A stretch of 64,000 nt of DNA from assembly GCA_001794755.1 (NCBI GenBank), contig MGKT01000006.1, positions 115,045-179,044 on the forward strand, read 5' to 3'. The position numbers and the translations under genes were made by a program. The stretch comes from Candidatus Yanofskybacteria bacterium RIFCSPLOWO2_02_FULL_44_18. GTDB taxonomy: Bacteria > Patescibacteriota > Minisyncoccia > 2-02-FULL-40-12 > GWA2-44-9. The first letter of the stretch is position 1. Each line of letters begins with the position of its first letter. Positions 36,714-45,419 of this stretch are shown piece by piece. Under the pieces are notes generated by a model that saw nothing but the letters and a program-made list of their open reading frames with translations, made no database searches and was not told where the DNA came from.

Positions 36714-36750
36714 CTTTGACTTGAGTCGAAAGTCTGCTTGTTCGCGCCGC

Positions 36751-36774
36751 AAATCCTTACACAAGGATTTTTTT
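36751..36774 (+). terminator. Intra-operon intrinsic terminator/attenuator
   Basis: AAATCCTT-ACAC-AAGGATTT-TTTT, 18 nt before the next ATG. Confidence 0.55.
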
Positions 36775-36792
36775 GTATTTAACACTAAAGAT

Positions 36793-37293
36793 ATGAACAA
36801 ACAAACATTAATTATCATAGCCGGTGTAGTTGTAATCGTGGCCGGATTCATATGGCTGGCGCGGCCGGCGGCAGATACGATCCGAAAAGAAGAGAAAACC
36901 GATGCTGTTTCCGATTTTCTGGAAATTCCGGAAAAATACTATGACTTCGGAAACATATCAATGGCCAACGGTAATGTCAGTCACGCATTTAAAGTAAAAA
37001 ACGCCGGCTCTGAAAAAATTACTCTTGATAAAATGTATACGTCCTGCATGTGCACAAGCGCGGTTATGCAGCTGAATGGAAAAGAGTACGGGCCATTCGG
37101 CATGCCCGGCCATGTCGGCATACCGAAAATAAACGCGATGCTCGAGCTCGGCGATGAAGCTGTAATTGAAATCGTATTTGATCCGAATGCCCACGGCCCG
37201 GCTGGCATCGGAAAAATCGAACGCACGGTCATTATTGAAAATTCAGCCGGCGGGCCTATCATGTTGAATTTTAGCGCCAACGTCACACCATGA
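36793..37293 (+). CDS. DUF1573-like Ig-fold protein with CxC
   Basis: YDFGNI, F.VKN.G, TSCMCT, GMPGH, FDPNAHGP. Confidence 0.8.
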   Translation: MNKQTLIIIAGVVVIVAGFIWLARPAADTIRKEEKTDAVSDFLEIPEKYYDFGNISMANGNVSHAFKVKNAGSEKITLDKMYTSCMCTSAVMQLNGKEYGPFGMPGHVGIPKINAMLELGDEAVIEIVFDPNAHGPAGIGKIERTVIIENSAGGPIMLNFSANVTP

Positions 37294-38066
37294 AAAAATT
37301 AATATTTCTAATCGCAATAGCGGTAGTGCTGACGGTGCTCGTTTTTGTTCTTAAATCTCCGGTCGGGACAAAAATGGTTTGGAATATCAGCAGCCAAGGC
37401 TCGTGGCTGCTGCCTCTTGTAGGCGTCTCTGCGCTGATTGACAGCATCAACCCCTGCGCTTTCTCGATACTACTTCTGACTATCGCCTTTCTGTTCAGCA
37501 TCGGCAAATTAAGAACAAGTATCCTCAAAATCGGAATATTCTACATTCTGGGAATATTTATCGTCTATCTGTTAATCGGTCTTGGCATTACCCAAACCCT
37601 ACACATATTCAACACACCCCATTTCATGGCCAGACTCGGAGCGATTCTTTTGATTATCCTGGGAATGATTGGTCTGATTAATGAATTCTTTCCTGCTTTC
37701 CCGATAAAATTCCGTATTCCCCATGCCGCTCATCGTAAAATGGCCGAGCTCATGGAAAAAGCTTCTCTTCCGACGGCATTTGGTTTGGGAGTGCTGGTGG
37801 GAATATGCGAATTCCCTTGCACGGGCGGACCGTATTTAATGGTCTTGGGACTGCTGCACGATAACTTAACTTACCTTTCTGGAGCCGGTTATCTGCTTCT
37901 GTACAACTTAATATTTGTTTTGCCTTTGATTGTAATTTTGCTGATTGCCAGCAATAAAAACATGCTTGAGAGGGTAAAGAATTGGCAAATGAAAGAGAGA
38001 AATCAAATGCGCCTTATTGCCGGAATTGCCATGATTGGGCTGGGAATATTAATTCTAAACATATGA
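37290..38066 (+). CDS. CcdA/DsbD-type transmembrane thiol-redox protein
   Basis: DSINPCAF and CEFPCTGGPY within a multi-TM protein. Confidence 0.85.
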   Translation: MKKLIFLIAIAVVLTVLVFVLKSPVGTKMVWNISSQGSWLLPLVGVSALIDSINPCAFSILLLTIAFLFSIGKLRTSILKIGIFYILGIFIVYLLIGLGITQTLHIFNTPHFMARLGAILLIILGMIGLINEFFPAFPIKFRIPHAAHRKMAELMEKASLPTAFGLGVLVGICEFPCTGGPYLMVLGLLHDNLTYLSGAGYLLLYNLIFVLPLIVILLIASNKNMLERVKNWQMKERNQMRLIAGIAMIGLGILILNI

Positions 38067-38452
38067 GAATAAAAATATGTCTAATCTGCGTGTTAGTGAG
38101 CGGACTGTGGCTTATATTGAGCGCGGGTATCGCCTGGAGCTTTCTTGCCGCTGATAAATTAATCATTCCGATTTCATTGCTCATGGGCGGCACGGTTATC
38201 GGCATTTCCGATATGGGCCCAAAGAGATTGGCCTGGGCCAACCGCAAGTCTAGGTTATGGAAATTAATTATCATCGTCATCGGCTTTCCTTTGGCATATC
38301 TGGCTGTGACAAACATATCCGTCCCGGTTGTTATCGCCGATTTTATATTCCTTCTGGTAATCGCCTCCTTGTTTTTCATTAAGAGAGAACCCGAACATTC
38401 TTTACAAGAGAATGTCCGGAAAATAGAAAAACAAATGGAAGAATGCTGTTAA
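38063..38452 (+). CDS. Membrane protein with N-terminal CxxC and C-terminal CC
   Basis: MRIKICLICV...LMGGTVIGI...MEECC; ATGA overlap. Confidence 0.75.
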   Translation: MRIKICLICVLVSGLWLILSAGIAWSFLAADKLIIPISLLMGGTVIGISDMGPKRLAWANRKSRLWKLIIIVIGFPLAYLAVTNISVPVVIADFIFLLVIASLFFIKREPEHSLQENVRKIEKQMEECC

Positions 38453-39091
38453 ATGAAAAAATATATCATAGGAACATTGGCTCTCGCCTCCGGATTTGCA
38501 CTTTTTTGGATATGGCTGGGCGGGGTTGGTATTGAGATTAAGACAGCAGGCGTAAGATTGCCTTTTTCTCTGGCTGATATCGGGCCGAAATTAATTGAGT
38601 TGGGCGTTATTGATGAAAACAAATATTCGAGCCCCTATTTAACCAGACAGTACGCACCTCTGGAAATATCAAGCGAAAACAGCCGAGATATCCTAAACAT
38701 ATTATGGGGTTTCGGACTGGCGAACAAAAATGAAATACTAGAAACGGGCCCAATGGCGGATCCCAAATACGGCGGGCCGGAAGGATTTGCCTCCACCGGC
38801 GGCTGGACAATCGGCACTAACCATCCCATGTCTCACTATTCAAAACACGATATTGTGACGCTGAACGCCCAACAGCAGAAGCTAGTGAATTCTGTTTCCA
38901 AAAGAATATTCCGGCCCTGCTGTCCCAATCCCGCTTACTTTCCCGATTGCAACCACGGTATGGCCATGCTTGGCCTCCTGGAATTGATGGCCCACAACGG
39001 TCTGGATGAAAAAAATATGGAACAATACGCGCACAAAGTAAATGAAATGTGGTTTCCCGAGTTAAGGCAAAATTCGAGCTGCGCGGTATAA
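38453..39091 (+). CDS. Exported Cys/His-rich hypothetical protein
   Basis: FASTGGWT, RPCCPN..FPDCNHGMAMLG, C-terminal SC. Confidence 0.78.
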   Translation: MKKYIIGTLALASGFALFWIWLGGVGIEIKTAGVRLPFSLADIGPKLIELGVIDENKYSSPYLTRQYAPLEISSENSRDILNILWGFGLANKNEILETGPMADPKYGGPEGFASTGGWTIGTNHPMSHYSKHDIVTLNAQQQKLVNSVSKRIFRPCCPNPAYFPDCNHGMAMLGLLELMAHNGLDEKNMEQYAHKVNEMWFPELRQNSSCAV

Positions 39092-39254
39092 TTATATGAC
39101 AAAGCTTGACATGTTTGGTATAATAAAAATAAGAGGGAGGTGGTTCATTTGAAGAAGTGGATGTTGCGTGCGGTGGCTCATTGTTCGGAGGGCTGCTGTA
39201 CCAAGGGGCGGTGCTCCCGCCGCCCCGCTTTAAATTTAATTAAATTAAAATAAT

Positions 39255-39509
39255 ATGATTAATACAAAACATTTATTAAAAGTGTCGTCAGCTTGGATTT
39301 CGATTGTCTATATTATCTGCTTTGTCGGTGTGGCCATGTTCCCAAGCATCAGAACAGATTTTATGACATACGGCTTGCATACGAGAATGATGCTGGGCGA
39401 TAATCTGGTAACATTGAACACGTTTATTTCCGGTTTAATTATCTGGAATATTATAGGATTGCTTGGAGTATGGCTTTTTGCCGTGCTATTCAACGGAATT
39501 AAAAAGTAA
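39255..39509 (+). CDS. DUF5676-like two-TM protein
   Basis: WISIVYIICF...LH...FISGLIIWN. Confidence 0.7.
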   Translation: MINTKHLLKVSSAWISIVYIICFVGVAMFPSIRTDFMTYGLHTRMMLGDNLVTLNTFISGLIIWNIIGLLGVWLFAVLFNGIKK

Positions 39510-39527
39510 CATCCGGGCTTAATCGCT

Positions 39528-39572
39528 AATCAAAAAACCGTCCTGAGTTTGGCGAAGGGCGGTTTTTTGATT
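39528..39572. terminator. Bidirectional terminator carrying a REP-like core (copy 1)
   Basis: AATCAAAAAACCGTCC...GGGCGGTTTTTTGATT between convergent genes. Confidence 0.75.
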
Positions 39573-39573
39573 C

Positions 39574-39789
39574 TTAGAGTCTTTCCAATGTTTTCAGAGT
39601 GCGTTCGGGAAAATATAGAAATAACAGGCCGATAATAATGCCAATTACCGCCGTAATGACATGGCCGCCGCCAAAAAGCCAATTATCAAGCAAGTCCAGC
39701 AAAATCCATATCCCCCGCCAGACCAGGACCAAGCCGATGGCGATAATGATACTTTTACTGAAATAGTGGAGTCCGAAGTTATTGGCCAT
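39574..39789 (-). CDS. Small two-TM membrane protein
   Basis: VLVWRGIW..LD motif; TAAAAT lies 6 nt before the ATG. Confidence 0.72.
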   Translation of the reverse strand: MANNFGLHYFSKSIIIAIGLVLVWRGIWILLDLLDNWLFGGGHVITAVIGIIIGLLFLYFPERTLKTLERL

Positions 39790-39869
39790 GCTTATATTTT
39801 AAATAATCCCCACATTTTTACAATACCATGCTCATCCAATTTTTATTTTCCTTCTGTTATCATTGAATA

Positions 39870-40634
39870 ATGCGAAAAATTATAATTTTGTCTGCCTTGG
39901 TTGTGGCGGCCGCGGTTATGGGTTTTATTACGATAGCGGACGATATCGGCGAAATACCGTTATCCGAACCCATTTCATCTTCTTCGCCATCGCCGGCATA
40001 TTCCGTACAGCCGACGAAAAGTGTCAGCCCGACCCCCGTATCCGAAGCGAACATATTAATCCGCAATGTTCCCTTTACGCCCCAAGCTCCGACCGGTAAT
40101 TGGAGCGATGAAAGACAGCAAGACGGCTGCGAGGAATCCTCGGCATTGATGGCCGTGGCCTGGGCCAAAAATGAAAAATTACCGACATCGGCTGAAGTCG
40201 AAAAAAAGATTATAGCAATATCAAATTACGAGCAGCAGATATACGGAGAATTTCACAGCACCAACGTCAGCGATACTGTCGAAAGAATATTCAAAGGATA
40301 CTTAAAGTATAACAATGTCGAGGCTAGATATAATATTGATAAAAATGACATAATTGATGAGTTAAAAAAAGGAAATCTCGTAATCGTGCCCTTGAACGGA
40401 CAAAAAATAGGAAACCCCTATTACACGCCGCCGGGACCCTTGGAGCATGAGCTTGTCATCAAGGGATACGATCCGGCCAAAGACCAGTTCATAACAAACG
40501 ACCCAGGAACAAGACGCGGTGAAAATTACCATTATCCGGCAAACACGCTCATGGCCGCCATATACGACTACCCGACCGGGCACAGAGAACCCGTTTCCAG
40601 AATAATCAAAGCGATGATTGTGGTATCAAGGTGA
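39870..40634 (+). CDS. Peptidase C39-like secreted protein
   Basis: VPFTPQAP, DGCEE, HELVIKGYD, NDPG. Confidence 0.85.
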   Translation: MRKIIILSALVVAAAVMGFITIADDIGEIPLSEPISSSSPSPAYSVQPTKSVSPTPVSEANILIRNVPFTPQAPTGNWSDERQQDGCEESSALMAVAWAKNEKLPTSAEVEKKIIAISNYEQQIYGEFHSTNVSDTVERIFKGYLKYNNVEARYNIDKNDIIDELKKGNLVIVPLNGQKIGNPYYTPPGPLEHELVIKGYDPAKDQFITNDPGTRRGENYHYPANTLMAAIYDYPTGHREPVSRIIKAMIVVSR

Positions 40635-40770
40635 TATTTTTCTCACGGTATATTCATGCAGTTGGGGTAATAATATGGGGAGTAATATTGATGCGGTTAA
40701 TTCGTCTTTATATACAGGTCGAGGACGAAAAACAATAACCTAGCGCGTTTGAACAACGCGCTAAAAACAA

Positions 40771-41349
40771 ATGAGATCATTAGCAACTGCTTTGCTCATC
40801 ATTGCCGTCATATGGGGCGGATGGTATGTATGGTCCCAGCGCGGGAATGATGAAACGGCGGTAGCCACAGAAACGCCATCGCCGACATTCTTCAGGGGTG
40901 AAGGAGGGCAAGATATAGAAAATGAGTCTGTTCCTTTTGATCAGGATATGGAAAGTCCTGTTCCAACGCCCACGCCGATTGTTATATTTCGGACTGTGAC
41001 TCCACAACCGACCCCAACGCCTGTGTTGGCCTTCAGAGCCGTAAGTTCACTGAATGGATCGGGCCAATTTGGAGTAGCTTTGATATCAGCCGACGTGAAC
41101 GGCAATGCCAAAGTCTGGTTCAATGTAAACGGTTCGCCGGCGGGAGTTTTGCAACCTGCATTCATATATTTAGGCACTAACTGTATGACTGCGGATGTTC
41201 TTGGATTCAGACTGGAACCGCTCTTCGACGGCAGTTCCACGACAACGCTAAATATTAAGGCCTCCAATCTTTTGGCCGGAAATTATGTAATTGTGATACA
41301 TAAATCGGCTGATGAAATGGAAACCAGATTCGCTTGTGCCCAAATATAG
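40771..41349 (+). CDS. Membrane-anchored protein with PT linker and CHRD/SOD-like beta domain
   Basis: NGSGQ.G.A, QPA.I..G..C, VIHKS...ACAQI. Confidence 0.7.
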   Translation: MRSLATALLIIAVIWGGWYVWSQRGNDETAVATETPSPTFFRGEGGQDIENESVPFDQDMESPVPTPTPIVIFRTVTPQPTPTPVLAFRAVSSLNGSGQFGVALISADVNGNAKVWFNVNGSPAGVLQPAFIYLGTNCMTADVLGFRLEPLFDGSSTTTLNIKASNLLAGNYVIVIHKSADEMETRFACAQI

Positions 41350-41350
41350 C

Positions 41351-41390
41351 AATTTAAAACCACCGGCATTTCTGCCGGCGGTTTTAAATT
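41351..41390. terminator. Bidirectional terminator
   Basis: AATTTAAAACCACCGGCA-TTTC-TGCCGGCGGTTTTAAATT. Confidence 0.8.
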
Positions 41391-42387
41391 ATCTCGCCTG
41401 GCTTTTCCACCAAGACACTATATACGTCGCCGTTTCGCTCACTTTCAAAGCGGTTGTGGAATTTCCAGTCCGAACAAAAAAGTTCTCGCTATCATCGGCC
41501 CGAAGATATGCCGGCTTATCCGCCGGATACACGCTAACCAAACAAACATCTTTCTCTTTAATATTTTCAAACTTCATATGGACATAGCGGCGGAAATCAG
41601 CCCCCACTGACTGCATGAATATATTATTGAAATGATTTTCGAATCCGTCGCGATTAGGTTTGCCCAAGGATTTGTAATCATTCTCCACGCCTTCAACTTC
41701 GCCAAAGTCACTGACTCCGATTATCAACTGTCCGCCTTCTGAATTTAAAAATGCGGTCACGGTTTTTAAAACTCCTCTCTCCAAATTTTTATTGACTCGG
41801 TTTTCTCTGACATCCCATCTGAATGTTGATTTGAATTCAAGCTTCGAGTGCTCCCCTAAATTCAGCAATTCCGGAATATTTTCGGAAAATTTTATTTCTG
41901 TGGAGTCGCGGCGCAGAATTTTCAAAACAGATTCAATTGAATTTCTGTATGTTTTCGGATTGGCGACCATCGGCATTGATATGATATTCTCTGTGCCATC
42001 TTCTCGAATCATTATTTTCCCGTACGGCACAAGCCAGGAAAGAAGGCCCTCGGACATAAACACGGAAACGGGGTGGGATATTTTTTTAATCGTTCTCTTT
42101 CTCAATATCATGCCCCAAGCGTGAACCACCTTGTCGTTACTGACATAATATCTGTCCCGAGACCAGCGCAGAAATACGATGATGAATATCAATGCTTCGA
42201 CAAAAACGATGCCGGCCAACTGGGCAATCTGATACGGAAGAAACGCCGTTAAATTGAATTGCCTGTATATCTGGGCATAGTTCGTTAAAATGGCCAGCAT
42301 GAAGAAGATGGCCACGGCTAAACCTTCTATGACAAGAAAGTTTCTCAATATTACAATCGGGCTTATTTTTATTACTATCTGTCTCAT
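41389..42387 (-). CDS. Two-TM plus bacterial PH-like plus Schlafen/AlbA_2 domain protein
   Basis: GEHSKLEFKST, AFLNSEGGQLIIGVSD, FFVRTGNST; N-terminal TMs and Y.V....V...G....YG.I.I. Confidence 0.82.
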   Translation of the reverse strand: MRQIVIKISPIVILRNFLVIEGLAVAIFFMLAILTNYAQIYRQFNLTAFLPYQIAQLAGIVFVEALIFIIVFLRWSRDRYYVSNDKVVHAWGMILRKRTIKKISHPVSVFMSEGLLSWLVPYGKIMIREDGTENIISMPMVANPKTYRNSIESVLKILRRDSTEIKFSENIPELLNLGEHSKLEFKSTFRWDVRENRVNKNLERGVLKTVTAFLNSEGGQLIIGVSDFGEVEGVENDYKSLGKPNRDGFENHFNNIFMQSVGADFRRYVHMKFENIKEKDVCLVSVYPADKPAYLRADDSENFFVRTGNSTTALKVSETATYIVSWWKSQAR

Positions 42388-42851
42388 TTAATATTCTTAA
42401 AATCCCGTATTACCTCTTCAGCGTGAATCTCGGGTTTGACGTTCTCGTATATCTTGAATATTTTTCCGCCGGGAGCGATTAAAAAAGAGGTTCTCATGAT
42501 GCCCATATACTCCTTGCCCATAAATTTCTTTTTGGCCCAGACTCCGTATTTTTTTATGACTCCCTTTTTCTCGTCTGCCAGTAAAGTGAACGGCAAACCG
42601 TATTTATCCCTGAATTTTTTGTGGCTTTTGACCGAATCCGCGCTTATTCCAAGAACCGTGATTTTCAGTTTCTTGAAATCTGGCAGATTATCTCTAATCA
42701 TGCAAGCCTCTTTGGTGCATCCCGGCGTGTCGTCTTTGGGATAGAAATAAAGCAAAACCCATTTGTCTTTGTAATCTTTCAGAGAATGCGATTTTCCGTC
42801 CTGGTCTGAAAGTTTAAATTCCGGCGCTTTGGATTTGATTTTTAGTTTCAT
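42384..42851 (-). CDS. bcp: Peroxiredoxin Bcp
   Basis: YFYPKDDTPGCTKEAC, RTSFLI. Confidence 0.95.
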   Translation of the reverse strand: MKLKIKSKAPEFKLSDQDGKSHSLKDYKDKWVLLYFYPKDDTPGCTKEACMIRDNLPDFKKLKITVLGISADSVKSHKKFRDKYGLPFTLLADEKKGVIKKYGVWAKKKFMGKEYMGIMRTSFLIAPGGKIFKIYENVKPEIHAEEVIRDFKNIK

Positions 42852-42941
42852 AAAATGAAGCTGATTTGCCAGTAAAAGGCATTTTAAGGCCATTTTATCA
42901 AAAATTAACCCTAGCTTCTATTGCTTCTAATTATACCGCAA

Positions 42942-44240
42942 TTATTCACCGCTAAACATTGGGATGCCCAAGCGCCTTCTTTTAGTTTCACCCAGAAACA
43001 TATTTTGCTTGCGTTCCGGTATATCGCCCCGATCTCCAAGATGTTGACTGTATTTATTGGCCAGAAAGCTCGATGCGAGATAGAGCTTGTGCTTGCCGTA
43101 CTTTTTATTGACCGCATCCACGGCCTCATAGAGTTTTTTCTTTTCAGTCATCTTTATGGCATCGCCGAATAAATCTAATTGGGCTGTCTCATCTTCTTGA
43201 AGCCCCAGTAATATTACACTCGTAGCCCGATACTCTGTCTTCGAATAAAAAAATTCGTCGAAATGCTCGTCAGCCAATTTAATTAGGTCAGCTGGAATGG
43301 CCGTTAAGCGAGAAAGCTTTAACTCTAAGCCGGTATGCCTGAAATCTTGCTGTCTAAGATAAAAGGCCACCCCGCTGGCCGCAAGGTTATACCGCCTGGC
43401 TTTGATGCAGGCATTTTCAATATTTTTTGAAAGCTGGGAAAAAACATACTTTCTGTCCCTAGAAGGCGGAGTAAACGTTTTGGTCTTTCCGATAGTGTAA
43501 TAGTTAGTTTTAGGTTCGGTTTCTAACTGAAAGACATACTCGCCATTCAGTTCTCGCCAGATCTCTTGAAAAGGCTTGCTCAAATTTGTCTTGATCCAAT
43601 CCCAATGTTTCCTCGCAAAATGCAGTGCAGTAAAAATTCGATGCCGTTCTAAAAAAGAAGCCGTATTAGAGCCGATGCCCCAAATCTTTACGGCCGGCAG
43701 CTTCTCGAGATAGGTTGGAATGTTTTGATAAGGAATGATGGTTAGACCCGATGGCTTTTTCCATTTTGAACCAAGCTTAGCGATAGATTTATTGACTCCT
43801 AAGCCGACAGAGAAGGTAAAACCTAAAGCAGCATCCAAGTCTCGTTTAATAGATTCTGCGATTTCAGGATAACCCATTTGTAGCGTCCGCCGCATGCCTG
43901 TTATATCAGCAAAGCATTCATCAATTGAATATTCTTCAACTTCAGGAGTATATCGCCTGACTATCATAAAAAAACGCTTTGATAGCAGGCTATATGTTTC
44001 ATAATCAGAAGGAAGCATAACTACACCAGGACAAGTCTTCTTGATTTCGTGTAGACTCATTCCACGAGTTATACCAAGAGCCTTAGCTTCATAGCTTATT
44101 GAAGCGGCTATGCCGCGCTCCTTGCCCGTTATCACGGGCTTGCCTTGTAATTTAGGATTGCGAGCCTGCTCGCAACTAGCAAAGAAGGCGTCGCCATCAA
44201 TATGAATTATTGCACGGGGAAAAGAGCTTATATGAGACAT
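42942..44240 (-). CDS. dinB: Y-family DNA polymerase (DinB/UmuC-like)
   Basis: HIDGDAFFASCE, SYEAK, YSIDE, KPSG, IWGIG. Confidence 0.9.
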   Translation of the reverse strand: MSHISSFPRAIIHIDGDAFFASCEQARNPKLQGKPVITGKERGIAASISYEAKALGITRGMSLHEIKKTCPGVVMLPSDYETYSLLSKRFFMIVRRYTPEVEEYSIDECFADITGMRRTLQMGYPEIAESIKRDLDAALGFTFSVGLGVNKSIAKLGSKWKKPSGLTIIPYQNIPTYLEKLPAVKIWGIGSNTASFLERHRIFTALHFARKHWDWIKTNLSKPFQEIWRELNGEYVFQLETEPKTNYYTIGKTKTFTPPSRDRKYVFSQLSKNIENACIKARRYNLAASGVAFYLRQQDFRHTGLELKLSRLTAIPADLIKLADEHFDEFFYSKTEYRATSVILLGLQEDETAQLDLFGDAIKMTEKKKLYEAVDAVNKKYGKHKLYLASSFLANKYSQHLGDRGDIPERKQNMFLGETKRRRLGIPMFSGE

Positions 44241-44241
44241 A

Positions 44242-44814
44242 TTAAAATTTGTACTTTCTGATAACCGAGACTAAGACAGCCGCTACTTTAAGCTCTTCAT
44301 TCGGATATATCAACCCGTACTTTTTATTTGCCGCTTCAAGATATACTTTGCCATTCCTCTTCCTAAAATACTTCAGCGTCCATTCACGATCTATTTCAGC
44401 CAAGACAATATCGCCGTCTTTTGCCTGCCTGCCTCTTTCAACTAAGGCCATATCGCCGTCCATAATGCCTGCTCCACTCATTGAGTCGCCCTTCACCTTA
44501 AAGAGATAGGTCGCTTCTTTGTTTCGGATAAGATAGTCATCAAGGTTCATTGTGTTCGAAATTTCTTCTTCGGCCGGACTTGGCCAGCCAGCCGCTACGG
44601 TTCCCAGAATGGGCAATTCACTAAAGATGGCAGTGGGTAACAATCTACCGCTAGCATCTTTTCCTATGAGGCCTTGATCCAAAAGCTTGGCGGTAAATTT
44701 ATATGCAGGACTCTTAGATTTTAGACCAAAAAGCTTAACCAGTTCTCCGTAACTAGGCATTCGCTTGTGCTTTCGATAAAAGCTGATTAGTTGCTGGAAA
44801 CGGTCTTGAGACAT
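44242..44814 (-). CDS. lexA: LexA-family repressor
   Basis: N-terminal HTH (MPSYGEL), cleavage site VAAG, catalytic GDSM and TLK. Confidence 0.88.
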   Translation of the reverse strand: MSQDRFQQLISFYRKHKRMPSYGELVKLFGLKSKSPAYKFTAKLLDQGLIGKDASGRLLPTAIFSELPILGTVAAGWPSPAEEEISNTMNLDDYLIRNKEATYLFKVKGDSMSGAGIMDGDMALVERGRQAKDGDIVLAEIDREWTLKYFRKRNGKVYLEAANKKYGLIYPNEELKVAAVLVSVIRKYKF

Positions 44815-44820
44815 AACCAC

Positions 44821-44848
44821 AGTATAGAGAACGTTCGTTCTCTGTCAA
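44821..44848 (-). promoter_or_regulatory. lexA promoter with an SOS box in the spacer
   Basis: TTGACA-16-TATACT; AGAGAAC-GTTC-GTTCTCT (GAAC-N4-GTTC) at 44826-44843. Confidence 0.85.
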
Positions 44849-44889
44849 TTTACATCTGTGGAAAAAGAGGATAAGAAGGATTCATGGCC

Positions 44890-45099
44890 CTAAGTACCAG
44901 GTATACAGCTTTCGTCCCTGTCACCAAGTCTTGGCTGCCGATAGTCAGAAATAATTTCACTGATCTTGATGCCCTTTTCTTTAAGGAACGGGAATAGAAC
45001 TTCTTTATCGAAGTTTATTGAAGGACGAATTTTGTAATGCTTACCGCCCTCGGCGGTAAAGTCATTTTGTAAGTCTACAGACAGAAATTGATATCTCAT
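44890..45099 (-). pseudogene. Truncated isochorismatase/cysteine hydrolase
   Basis: LSVDLQNDF...CIPGT, then a stop after 69 aa. Confidence 0.7.
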
Positions 45100-45419
45100 G
45101 TATTTTCTAAGGGGTAAATATCAAAAGCCACTTCTTCGTAGGGATGTACTTTCTTCATTGCCTCGACCACTTGTTCCAGTTTTGCTTTTTCGCATACAAA
45201 CTCAATTCGTTCTTCTTCAACAACTTCAGATTTTCCAACTTCTCCTATCATTGGGTTAGCTCCTTGTAACGGCAAGAAGCGACCCTGTCCTTTTGATGAG
45301 AAAGAACAATGACTATAGTTTCCAATTTTTCCAGCTCCAGCATCGCCGACAGCTTTTCTTACCGCGTCGGAGTGGATCTCTGGAACAAATACTACGATTT
45401 TTACTTTTTCAGTATTCAT
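45096..45419 (-). CDS. Stand-alone NIF3/YqfO PII-like domain protein
   Basis: KIVVFVP, AGAGKIGNYSHCSF, HPYEEVAFD. Confidence 0.88.
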   Translation of the reverse strand: MNTEKVKIVVFVPEIHSDAVRKAVGDAGAGKIGNYSHCSFSSKGQGRFLPLQGANPMIGEVGKSEVVEEERIEFVCEKAKLEQVVEAMKKVHPYEEVAFDIYPLENT

